Program-made: the position numbers and the translations under genes
Shown: piece by piece, positions 8,379-16,351 of the stretch
Numbering within the stretch: position 1 is the first letter of the stretch
Layout: every line of letters begins with the position of its first letter
The notes under the pieces: generated by a model
What the model saw: only the letters and a program-made list of their open reading frames with translations
Told to the model about the DNA's origin: nothing
The model's database searches: none
Assembly: GCA_039811485.1 (NCBI GenBank)
Contig: JBDHYT010000001.1
Span: 1-28,937, forward strand
From: Marinilabiliaceae bacterium
GTDB taxonomy: Bacteria; Bacteroidota; Bacteroidia; Bacteroidales; Marinilabiliaceae
Reading direction: 5' to 3'
DNA: 28,937 nt

Positions 8379-9203
8379 TCAAAAACGATATACCACACCT
8401 AATGACAATCCCATGCTTACAGGTTTTACTGTACCTACATAATCGGTTGCCGTAACGCTTTGGTAGATATTGGGTTGCACTATTGCTGCACTCTCGTTTT
8501 TCACATCGCCTCCAATAGCTCCGTTAAATGACGCTGTCAGTAGCCATTTGCCGTTGAGCGAGTATTCTACTCCAACCTCAGCTAAACCCATAAGGGTGTT
8601 TCCGAACTGCTTTTCTGATGTTTTATTGATGAAATTGCTGAATGTGCCAAGTGTCTGTTCAGGCAGATTGTCCACAACCAAATCGTTTTTGGGGAAATAG
8701 GCAGTGCGGTTAATTGTTCCTTCAACAAATTCCACCTCTTCGGCTGTTGCAATGCCATAAGCAGCACCCACAGCAACCCGCATTGCCAGTCTCTCGTTAA
8801 TTGGTAAACGATAGCTTGCCAAGACAGGAATCATCAGATAATTAACATGTTGCTCCTCCTTGTTATTGATAATCTGATTTATGGTGTAGTCGTGCCCGTT
8901 GGGTTCCGTCAGTGTTGCTGAGGTCGAATTGAAATTTTGATTTTTGTAACCTGCCTTGAATGGCTGATATCTCAATCCGGTGCCAACGCCCCACCTATTG
9001 GTGATATGATAGGTATATCCCAGTTCGAATCCTAAACCCATCTCCCCATCGCTGTTGCCGTTGGTGCTTTCGTACATCAAATTACTGTACGACGGGTTTA
9101 TTTTGATCTCTATCGACTGACTGCCTTTTAGTTCCTTAGTTTGACCCCAGACAGTCGTTGCACATCCCAGCATCAGCGGGAGTATATATCTTGCTATCTT
9201 CAT
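8379..9203 (-). CDS. Outer-membrane beta-barrel protein
   Basis: Signal peptide, alternating amphipathic strands (GFELGYTYH, GVGTGLRY, YLMIPVLASY, GLAEVGVEY), C-terminal GVVYRF with terminal Phe (Bam signal). Confidence 0.82.
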   Translation of the reverse strand: MKIARYILPLMLGCATTVWGQTKELKGSQSIEIKINPSYSNLMYESTNGNSDGEMGLGFELGYTYHITNRWGVGTGLRYQPFKAGYKNQNFNSTSATLTEPNGHDYTINQIINNKEEQHVNYLMIPVLASYRLPINERLAMRVAVGAAYGIATAEEVEFVEGTINRTAYFPKNDLVVDNLPEQTLGTFSNFINKTSEKQFGNTLMGLAEVGVEYSLNGKWLLTASFNGAIGGDVKNESAAIVQPNIYQSVTATDYVGTVKPVSMGLSLGVVYRF

Positions 9204-9221
9204 TCTCTAAACGTTATTGGA

Positions 9222-11162
9222 TTATTTTACTACTATTTTTACAGTGTTTGTAGTGCCATTGCTTGACGAAACTTTAAGGATATAGGTTCCTGGTGTTGTC
9301 AAACCGCTAATTTTATATCCCAAATTCTCTTTGGCCACCGATGCTTTAACCAATGCACCGGTCAAATTGAAAATCTCTATTTTCTCATCATCATTGATTT
9401 GATTGTTCATGTCGAGGGTTAATGTTCGCCCTGCCATTACCGGATTTGGATATGCCTTTATGCCCGATGTAGTTGTGACAGTGTAGAATAGCTCTGCCAC
9501 CATTGCTTCGTTCACTACTATTTCTACCTTATAATTTGCAACGGGTATTGATCCCTCAAATCGGATATATTGCTTGTTGCCGTTGAGTCTTACACCATCC
9601 TTATACCAGCTGTAGGTGGCACTTCTAATCTCGTCGTATTTGTCGCCGTTGCTGACAGCCAATACATTGTTCCACAGTTTAATAACGGTAAGGTTGTTGT
9701 ATGCTGCCTTAATTTCCCATTGGAGTGGTGCAATTTGCGGAGCAAAGAAATTTGCTGCATCGTAATTCAGTTCTGCGGAGGCTGTATATTCTCCTACCGA
9801 CATGGCACTGTTGCCGGTATAGTTTTTTACCGTAACTCCCTCTGGAAGTTCTGTCAACAATACTGTTTTCGTTGATCCATCCATTATAAAGGGAGAAACA
9901 TAATCCCAGTGTGCCGCTTTCATGTCGTAGGTTGCCTTGGCTATGTTCCATCCAAAAGTCAAATCAGTTGTGGTTTGGTTGTCCCATTTACATCCAACCT
10001 TGTCTTTAAGCGAAACTCGGACCGTGTATTCTCCTACTGCAACTCCCGTCACATCGCCCGATACAGTGTAATTGTCTGTTGACGTGAGGTTTATGCCCTG
10101 TTCGCTACCGTTATAGGTAAATGTCGTATTACTGATGGTTGGTCGCGCAACGATTTTAATATCATTAGCAATTTTCCAAAATAATGGTTGCATAGTGGGC
10201 TGGTTATAATGTTGCTCGTCATAAGCCAATTCTACTATTGCCTGGTAGTCGCCAGGCTTAGTGCCACTGTTGCCAAAATAATTGCTTGCTCTAACGCCTT
10301 CAGGAAGCCCGATTACCGTTACTGTCTTAACCTTTCCGTCATATTTAAAGGGCTCGGTATAGTTCCATTTGGCCTCCGACATATTGTAGTTTCCCCTTTC
10401 GATACTCCAATTTATGGTGATGTCTTCATCCGTGCCATCACTCCAGGTATTGCCCTCCACCAGCTTAACCACCACTGTGTAAATGCCGATTTCGATGGCA
10501 TTTACTGTTCCGGTTATGGTATATCCTGCGTTAGCCGCAATGGTGATACCCTGTTGCTGACCGTTGTACTCAAACTTGGTTGTAGATACCGCAGGTTTTA
10601 ATAGCTGTGGTGAATAGTTGTAATTTCGCAGCTGCGAAAGTTTGGTTAGAAGCCCGGTGGTAGGGGTATATTTTACTTCGCCATTCACCGTATATGAGTC
10701 GTTTGCAAAAAAGGTTCCGTAATAACCGTCCTGCTCAAATACAAAACCCTTGTCGCCAAAGCCCATTAACAGACCGTAAGAACAGATGTTTTTTACAAAT
10801 GTGCCGTTCGACTCGTATAGTTTGAGTATTATGGTGTAACTGCTACCCGAATTAAATACATCATCGGTGTAGGCTCCCGAAATATCTTCTATTAAATCAA
10901 ACATCAGATAGCGACCCGTGCCCCAATCGATTGCTCTGCGTGTTGTGGCATCATAAGCCGTTTTGAAATAGTATAGATGCCACTCCGTGTTTGGTATCGG
11001 TTTGGCTGGCGTACGGAATGCATCCCACACATTCTCTTTGTAATATTTGCTGGTGAATAGTGGCGAACTTTCTTTAAAGTCCTGCAATTGTTGCGCTGTC
11101 TGCGAAAATCCCGATTGAATGACTATCAGGAAGAATAATAGGTAAAGTAAATCTCTTTTCAT
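9222..11162 (-). CDS. T9SS (type A CTD) secreted protein with tandem Ig/MBG-like repeats
   Basis: Signal peptide; C-terminal IKAYPNP...IEIFNLTGALV...PGTYILKV...KIVVK sorting domain; two ~144-aa internal repeats; pre-CTD Ig-like segment (KLWNNVL...YSWYKDG). Confidence 0.88.
   Translation of the reverse strand: MKRDLLYLLFFLIVIQSGFSQTAQQLQDFKESSPLFTSKYYKENVWDAFRTPAKPIPNTEWHLYYFKTAYDATTRRAIDWGTGRYLMFDLIEDISGAYTDDVFNSGSSYTIILKLYESNGTFVKNICSYGLLMGFGDKGFVFEQDGYYGTFFANDSYTVNGEVKYTPTTGLLTKLSQLRNYNYSPQLLKPAVSTTKFEYNGQQQGITIAANAGYTITGTVNAIEIGIYTVVVKLVEGNTWSDGTDEDITINWSIERGNYNMSEAKWNYTEPFKYDGKVKTVTVIGLPEGVRASNYFGNSGTKPGDYQAIVELAYDEQHYNQPTMQPLFWKIANDIKIVARPTISNTTFTYNGSEQGINLTSTDNYTVSGDVTGVAVGEYTVRVSLKDKVGCKWDNQTTTDLTFGWNIAKATYDMKAAHWDYVSPFIMDGSTKTVLLTELPEGVTVKNYTGNSAMSVGEYTASAELNYDAANFFAPQIAPLQWEIKAAYNNLTVIKLWNNVLAVSNGDKYDEIRSATYSWYKDGVRLNGNKQYIRFEGSIPVANYKVEIVVNEAMVAELFYTVTTTSGIKAYPNPVMAGRTLTLDMNNQINDDEKIEIFNLTGALVKASVAKENLGYKISGLTTPGTYILKVSSSNGTTNTVKIVVK
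9711..10598 (-). repeat. Two ~144-aa protein-level tandem repeats (10170-10598 and 9711-10145), each made of two subdomains
   Basis: KPAVSTTKFEYNG..GYTITG..GIYTVVVKL..W..W.I..Y.M..AKW.Y..PF.YDG..KTV....LPEGV...Y.GNS....G.Y.A..EL.YD..PL.W.I aligns with RPTISNTTFTYNG..NYTVSG..GEYTVRVSL..AHWDY..PF..DG..KTV..LPEGV..YTGNS..GEYTASAELNYD..PLQWEI. Confidence 0.85.
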
Positions 11163-11178
11163 ATACAGTTATTTTGGG

Positions 11179-11207
11179 CAAAACTATAACCGAATATGAT
11201 AACTCAA
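11179..11207 (-). promoter_or_regulatory. Candidate promoter of the T9SS cargo/barrel operon
   Basis: Minus-strand TAGTTTTG (11186-11179) fits TAnnTTTG, 17 nt upstream of the ATG; a TTG at 11207-11205 is 18 nt further upstream. Confidence 0.55.
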
Positions 11208-11218
11208 GAAAAACAAGA

Positions 11219-11264
11219 GGCGACAAAAAGTGGACAATGATGAAAATTTTTTCACTGTCCACTT
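11219..11264. promoter_or_regulatory. Repeat cluster (candidate operator, or terminator of the upstream regulator)
   Basis: Perfect 9-bp inverted repeat AAGTGGACA (11228-11236) / TGTCCACTT (11256-11264), plus a degenerate direct copy GGCGACA (11219-11225) 11 bp from GTGGACA (11230-11236). Confidence 0.5.
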
Positions 11265-11324
11265 GTAATGTAGTGATAATTAATTGATTGTGGTTGTTTT
11301 TGTTTCTCTCGGCAGGGACACAAG

Positions 11325-13829
11325 TTATAGAGATTGTATAAAACCAGATAGGTTGGTATCCCTGTTTATGCCGAGTTTCTTCCTTAACCTTAATCGCGCT
11401 TTTTTGAGTGCCTCCTCTGATTGAAATGTAATCTTGGCAATATCTTTATTGTTCATGTTAAGCTTTAAGAAAGCACATAATCTACGCTCATTTAGAGTGA
11501 GGTTAGGATATTGTCTATTCATTTTGTCATGGAACGAATGGTGTACTTTCATAAACAATGTTTCAAACTCCTCCCAGTTGGAATCGTACAAAGGGGACTT
11601 ATATTGCGAGATCATTAGATTTATGAAGGTTTTAGCCTCGTTCGACGAAAGTATGGCAATATCTTCAAGAGCTTCAATGTTGCGTGCATCCCTTTCGGCA
11701 TTCTGAACCAGTTTGAGTGCAGCTGCCGCCATATTTTTCTGGTTTGTTTCAAGTTCGTAGTTTGCCCTTTCAAGCTCATTTTCAAGCAGTTTTTTCTGTA
11801 GTCTCTCTTTTTCAATCAGTGCCTCTTCTGCCTTTTTTTGAACATCAATATTGCGAATGTTCGATAGAATTGCGTTTATTGCCCTGTGGTTGAGGTGGTT
11901 GTGTGTCACCGCTTCAAGCCATATATAGCCGTCGGTACCATTCCGGTATCTGAATTGTACTCTGTCTGTTATGGTTTTGTCGCTGGTAATTTTGTTCCAG
12001 TGGGCTACAATTTTCACTACGTCATCAGGGTGTATTGCATCAAACTTCAAGCCTCTAATATCATTTTCATCTAATCCTGTTATCTTCAAGGCTGCATCAC
12101 TCAAGAATTGGACACCACCTTGAAAATCCAATAAAAGTATGGCATCGTTGGAGTTACTAATTATCAGTTGAAGTTTTTCTTCATTCTCCTCAATCTTTTG
12201 TTTTGCTGTTGTTAGTTCCTTGTTTGACGCTGAAAGCAATTCGTTCACCACTCTATACTCTTCGTTAAACTCTTCAATCTTCGACTTTTGTTCCACCAAT
12301 GCCTTATTGGTTTTTCTTTTGAGACGGTAGAGTCTTATCATCGTTAAGGTTAGCAGCAAAAGTAGGGTAGAGGCTGCCAACAATGAATATATTAGGGTTC
12401 GTTGGTTTCTTATCTCCAAAGCCCTGTTCTCTCTCTCCATCTCAAACTGCTGACGCTCTTTGTCAAATTTATAAGCACTCTCCAAATCGGCTATCTTCCT
12501 TATGTTGTTCTCGTTGTATATGCTGTCATTCAGTGATTTATACTCTTTGTGGTGCTCGTACGCCTTTTTGAAATCATTGGTCATGGCATATATTTCCGAC
12601 AATAGATTATTAGTCTCCTTTTGAAGACTAATTATACCTAACTGACCAGCCAATTCGTTGCTTTTTAGTGTGAAATCCAATGATTTGGCATACTCCTTTT
12701 GAAGTAATAGTTGATTGCCGATACTGTACCATACCTGTGCCATCTCATACTTTAACCCGCCATTCTCTGCCAACTCTTTTGCTCTGTTTAGACTTAGCAT
12801 TGCATTTATGTTGTCGCCTCTTTTTCCGTAAATGGTTCCAATACTTGTTAATATGTTTATCTTTTGTGCACTATTGTTATTACCAGTCAGTGCCAATCCT
12901 TGTTGCAGATTCTCCAACGCTCTGGCATCACCCATTGTTAAATATATGTTCCCTATATTTGTGTAGCAAATCGACAGTCTTGAGTCATCTTCCATTTTTT
13001 TTGCAATCTCCAACCCCTCCTCAATGTTGCTTAGTGCACCTTCGTAATCTTTCTGTTCTGCTTTTATCCCGGCTAAGTTGATTAGGTTTGTCCAAATACC
13101 GGGCTTATTGTCCGTCTGCTCATTAATGGCCTTTGCTTTAAGTAAAAATTCAATCGCTAAAGGAAAATTACCCTGGCGTTGGAATATTGTGCTAATGCTC
13201 GTATAACAACTGGCCATCAATGGTTTGTCGTCTATCTGGGTTGCCATTGAAGCTGCCTTTTCTAACTGTTCTAATGCTTTGATCGGCTCGCCTCTTTTAT
13301 TGTGCACTCTCGACAGGTTTATTAAGTTCTTTATTTCAAGATTCTTGTCTTTTATCTCTCTCGCCATCTCTATTGCCTGTTGATAGCTATTCATTGCCTG
13401 AGACTCTTCATCCATCTCAAGAAGAATATTGGCCGACGCCATTAAATAGTTGGCCATGCCTTGTTTGTCGTTTATAGAATGTGCTATCGAAAGGGCATTC
13501 TGAAAATATTCCAGTGATTGGTTTTTGTCTCGCCTTTGCACCAACAACCCGTTAATCCATAAACTCACAGCCTTTCCCTTCTGATAATTCAGCTTGTTCG
13601 ACAGTCTCTCCGACTGGTCGGCATATTCTTTTGCCAATGAGGGATTCTCCTTGTAAATTATCTGTGCTATGTTGTTAAGAATATCAACCTTTTCACTATC
13701 ATCGCTTCTGTGGTTTTGCAATACTGTAGTCAGACTGTCCACGACGTTTTTTTGTGCATGGACCATCGTCGCTGATATTAACAAGGATAATATCAGAAAA
13801 CATACTCTTATTAATTTCATATTTTTCAA
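11325..13829 (-). CDS. One-component membrane regulator: signal/TM, TPR array, TM, PAS, LuxR-type HTH
   Basis: Multiple TPR units (e.g. LSICYTNIGNIY..G....AL..LQQGL), TM LIYSLLAASTLLLLLTLTMI, PAS (NSNDAILLLD..G...FLS..IHPDD..YIWLE), C-terminal NLTLNERRLCAFLKLNMNNKDIAKI...KARLRLRKKL. Confidence 0.85.
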   Translation of the reverse strand: MKNMKLIRVCFLILSLLISATMVHAQKNVVDSLTTVLQNHRSDDSEKVDILNNIAQIIYKENPSLAKEYADQSERLSNKLNYQKGKAVSLWINGLLVQRRDKNQSLEYFQNALSIAHSINDKQGMANYLMASANILLEMDEESQAMNSYQQAIEMAREIKDKNLEIKNLINLSRVHNKRGEPIKALEQLEKAASMATQIDDKPLMASCYTSISTIFQRQGNFPLAIEFLLKAKAINEQTDNKPGIWTNLINLAGIKAEQKDYEGALSNIEEGLEIAKKMEDDSRLSICYTNIGNIYLTMGDARALENLQQGLALTGNNNSAQKINILTSIGTIYGKRGDNINAMLSLNRAKELAENGGLKYEMAQVWYSIGNQLLLQKEYAKSLDFTLKSNELAGQLGIISLQKETNNLLSEIYAMTNDFKKAYEHHKEYKSLNDSIYNENNIRKIADLESAYKFDKERQQFEMERENRALEIRNQRTLIYSLLAASTLLLLLTLTMIRLYRLKRKTNKALVEQKSKIEEFNEEYRVVNELLSASNKELTTAKQKIEENEEKLQLIISNSNDAILLLDFQGGVQFLSDAALKITGLDENDIRGLKFDAIHPDDVVKIVAHWNKITSDKTITDRVQFRYRNGTDGYIWLEAVTHNHLNHRAINAILSNIRNIDVQKKAEEALIEKERLQKKLLENELERANYELETNQKNMAAAALKLVQNAERDARNIEALEDIAILSSNEAKTFINLMISQYKSPLYDSNWEEFETLFMKVHHSFHDKMNRQYPNLTLNERRLCAFLKLNMNNKDIAKITFQSEEALKKARLRLRKKLGINRDTNLSGFIQSL

Positions 13830-13952
13830 TTGTGATAGGTAAAATACTCTTAGTCATTCAAATATCGTAATTTTTATTCTATATGCTTCTTTATGGATAC
13901 ATTTTTTATATAATTGGTCAATATTTATTATTTTTGATATAAACAATTGTAA

Positions 13953-14867
13953 ATGAAACGGTACAATAGCTCTTTTTCTGCCTATGCCGGCCTCTCTCTG
14001 ATGACTTTTATAGTTGGGTTCTCGTTTATCTTCGTCAAAATAGGGTTGCGTAGCTGCAATATCTACGATTTTCTTGCTCACCGTTTTACTGTGGCTTTTG
14101 TTGTGGTTGTGATACTCTATATTGCCGGCTATTTTAAGATTACTAAAAAAACCCCAAGGCAGTGGCTCACCATTGTTGCGGTTTCCGGGCTCTACCCGGT
14201 TCTCTTCTTTCTGTTCCAAACCCTTGGTATGCAGTACTCTTCGGTGGCTAATGCAGGAATTATTATGGCTCTTCTTCCGATTGTTACCGTAATAGGCGGG
14301 ACTCTGTTTTTAAAGGAAACAACTACTCTTTATCAAAAAACAGGTATCGCTATTTCTGCCGTCTCTCTTGTTTTCATTTTCGTTATGGGAGAGGAGGGTG
14401 GCGTAACATTCTCTCTCAGAGGTTCTCTTTTTCTGATTGCCTCCGTTGTTGTGATGGCGGCGTACTACCTTAAAGGAAAGGTACTTATGCGTCAGTTTAA
14501 TTATCTCGAACTCACTTCCATTATGATAACAGTCGGGTTCTTGTTTTTTAATTTTGTCAGCCTGATTCGGCACGGATTATCAGGAACATATAATGGTTTC
14601 CTTCAACCATTTGTTGATGTTGAATTCTTATTGTCTGTTCTATATCTCGGCATACTGTCGTCGGTGCTTACATCCTTCCTGTCCAACTTTGCCCTTGCAC
14701 ATATCTCTACCTTTCAGGTTAGTGTATTCAACAATGTGAGCCCGCTCATCACTATATTCGCCGGAGTGATTGTTATGAACGATTCACTGACGGCAATTCA
14801 GTTGGCAGGCTCTTTTGCTGTGCTGGCAGGTGTTGTGCTGGTTCTCTACAGCAAAAAGTCACCCTAA
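13953..14867 (+). CDS. EamA/DMT family transporter
   Basis: About 10 hydrophobic segments in two repeats; IVGFSFIFVK, LAHRF, LYLGILSS and VFNNVSPL motifs. Confidence 0.9.
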   Translation: MKRYNSSFSAYAGLSLMTFIVGFSFIFVKIGLRSCNIYDFLAHRFTVAFVVVVILYIAGYFKITKKTPRQWLTIVAVSGLYPVLFFLFQTLGMQYSSVANAGIIMALLPIVTVIGGTLFLKETTTLYQKTGIAISAVSLVFIFVMGEEGGVTFSLRGSLFLIASVVVMAAYYLKGKVLMRQFNYLELTSIMITVGFLFFNFVSLIRHGLSGTYNGFLQPFVDVEFLLSVLYLGILSSVLTSFLSNFALAHISTFQVSVFNNVSPLITIFAGVIVMNDSLTAIQLAGSFAVLAGVVLVLYSKKSP

Positions 14868-14886
14868 TTTATCTGTTATCTATCGC

Positions 14887-16026
14887 TTATTGGGCTGTAA
14901 CGGCTTGTTTGTAGCTCTCGTCACTATTTACTCTCATCTTAAATCCAATCAGTTTCTGGATGTCGTTAAGTTCGCCTTTCTGGTCGCTGTCGCAAAACGA
15001 TACAGCCACTCCGTCCTTACCGGCCCTGCCTGTACGCCCAATACGGTGGATATAGGTTTCGGGCACGTTGGGAAGCTCATAGTTGACCACAAAGGGGAGT
15101 TCGTCAATATCTATTCCGCGGGCTGCAATGTCGGTGGCAACCAAAACTCTTATTTTTGAACTTTTAAAGTCGCTCAGGGCTCGCTGACGCGAATTTTGTG
15201 TTTTGTCGCCATGGATGGCTGCTGCATTTATACCCTTACGGCTCAGTTGCTTCACCAATTTGTCGGCTCCATATTTGGTGCGGGTGAATACCAATGACCG
15301 CTCTATGCTCTTGTCTTTCAGGATGTGGATGAGCAGGCCTGCCTTCTCCGGCTTTTCAACAAAATAGACCGACTGCTGCACTGTCTCGGCAGTTGACGAT
15401 ACCGGCGTAACTGCTATCTCTGCCGGATTGTTGAGTATGGTTGAGGCAAATTTCCTTATCTCCTTCGGCATGGTGGCCGAAAAAAACAGGGTTTGCCGCT
15501 GGGCCGGTACTTTGGTAAGTACCCTCTTTATGTCGTGTATAAAACCGATGTCGAGCATGTGGTCGGCCTCGTCGAGCACCAATATCTCAACCGACGACAG
15601 GTTTACGATTCCTTGTTGCATAAGGTCGAGCAGTCGACCCGGCGTGGCAATAAGTACCTCAATGCCGCCGCGTAGTGCCGAAACCTGGCTTCCTTGTGGC
15701 ACACCACCAAATATTGCAAGACTCTTTTTGTTGATATATTTGGAATATGTCTTAAAGTTTTCGTCTATTTGAAGTGCCAATTCCCTTGTGGGAGTGAGTA
15801 TTAGACATCTGATGGCACTCTGACGGCCATTCTGGTGGAGCTGCTGAAGGATGGGAAGCGCAAAGGCCGCCGTCTTGCCGGTGCCGGTCTGGGCGCATCC
15901 GAGAATATCGCGTCCCTGAAGTGCAAGTGGAATCGCTTTGTTCTGAATCTCAGTAGGTGTAGTGTATCCTGCTTCATCAATAGCTTTAAGAAGCGGTTTT
16001 ATAAGATTTAATTGTGTAAATTGCAT
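14887..16026 (-). CDS. DEAD-box RNA helicase (RhlE-like), core only
   Basis: Q motif (GYTTPTEIQ), AQTGTGKT, PTRELA, ATPGRL, DEAD, SAT, ARGID and HRIGRTGRAG. Start chosen at ATG 16026 (MQFTQL) instead of the track's 16053. Confidence 0.95.
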   Translation of the reverse strand: MQFTQLNLIKPLLKAIDEAGYTTPTEIQNKAIPLALQGRDILGCAQTGTGKTAAFALPILQQLHQNGRQSAIRCLILTPTRELALQIDENFKTYSKYINKKSLAIFGGVPQGSQVSALRGGIEVLIATPGRLLDLMQQGIVNLSSVEILVLDEADHMLDIGFIHDIKRVLTKVPAQRQTLFFSATMPKEIRKFASTILNNPAEIAVTPVSSTAETVQQSVYFVEKPEKAGLLIHILKDKSIERSLVFTRTKYGADKLVKQLSRKGINAAAIHGDKTQNSRQRALSDFKSSKIRVLVATDIAARGIDIDELPFVVNYELPNVPETYIHRIGRTGRAGKDGVAVSFCDSDQKGELNDIQKLIGFKMRVNSDESYKQAVTAQ

Positions 16027-16208
16027 ATAATTCTCTGTTGGTTTGTGCATCACCCCGGGTGTTATCCATCTGAAGTGATGCTTTACATTAAATGAAGTAA
16101 AATATTCGTATTCAATAAAATGGATTTGGCATAATAGACGGAGGAGTCATATTGACTTATGTATGCCTGCCAGTAAATGTGAAAGGAATAGTTTAATTTA
16201 TATCGATG

Positions 16209-16216
16209 CAAATATA
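16209..16216 (-). promoter_or_regulatory. Candidate -7 promoter box for the helicase
   Basis: Minus-strand TATATTTG followed by CA, about 180 nt upstream of the start codon. Confidence 0.5.
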
Positions 16217-16351
16217 AGGCCAATACCTCATTAACTATCATATACCGGCACTTTTAACAGAATTACACAATTTGTGATTGATTAAAATAGGCACAATAGA
16301 GTAACATCCGCTTGGTGGTTGAGCGGTTACATTCCATGTTTTTTCTTCTAT

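Noticed and set aside
5535-13940. Shared TTTATTATTTTTGAT string upstream of nadB and EamA
   Set aside because: Low-complexity AT-rich sequence that contains the generic TAnnTTTG promoter box; not evidence of a shared regulon.
13854-14219. 121-aa minus-strand ORF upstream of the TPR regulator
   Set aside because: Mostly antisense to the EamA gene; no family signal.
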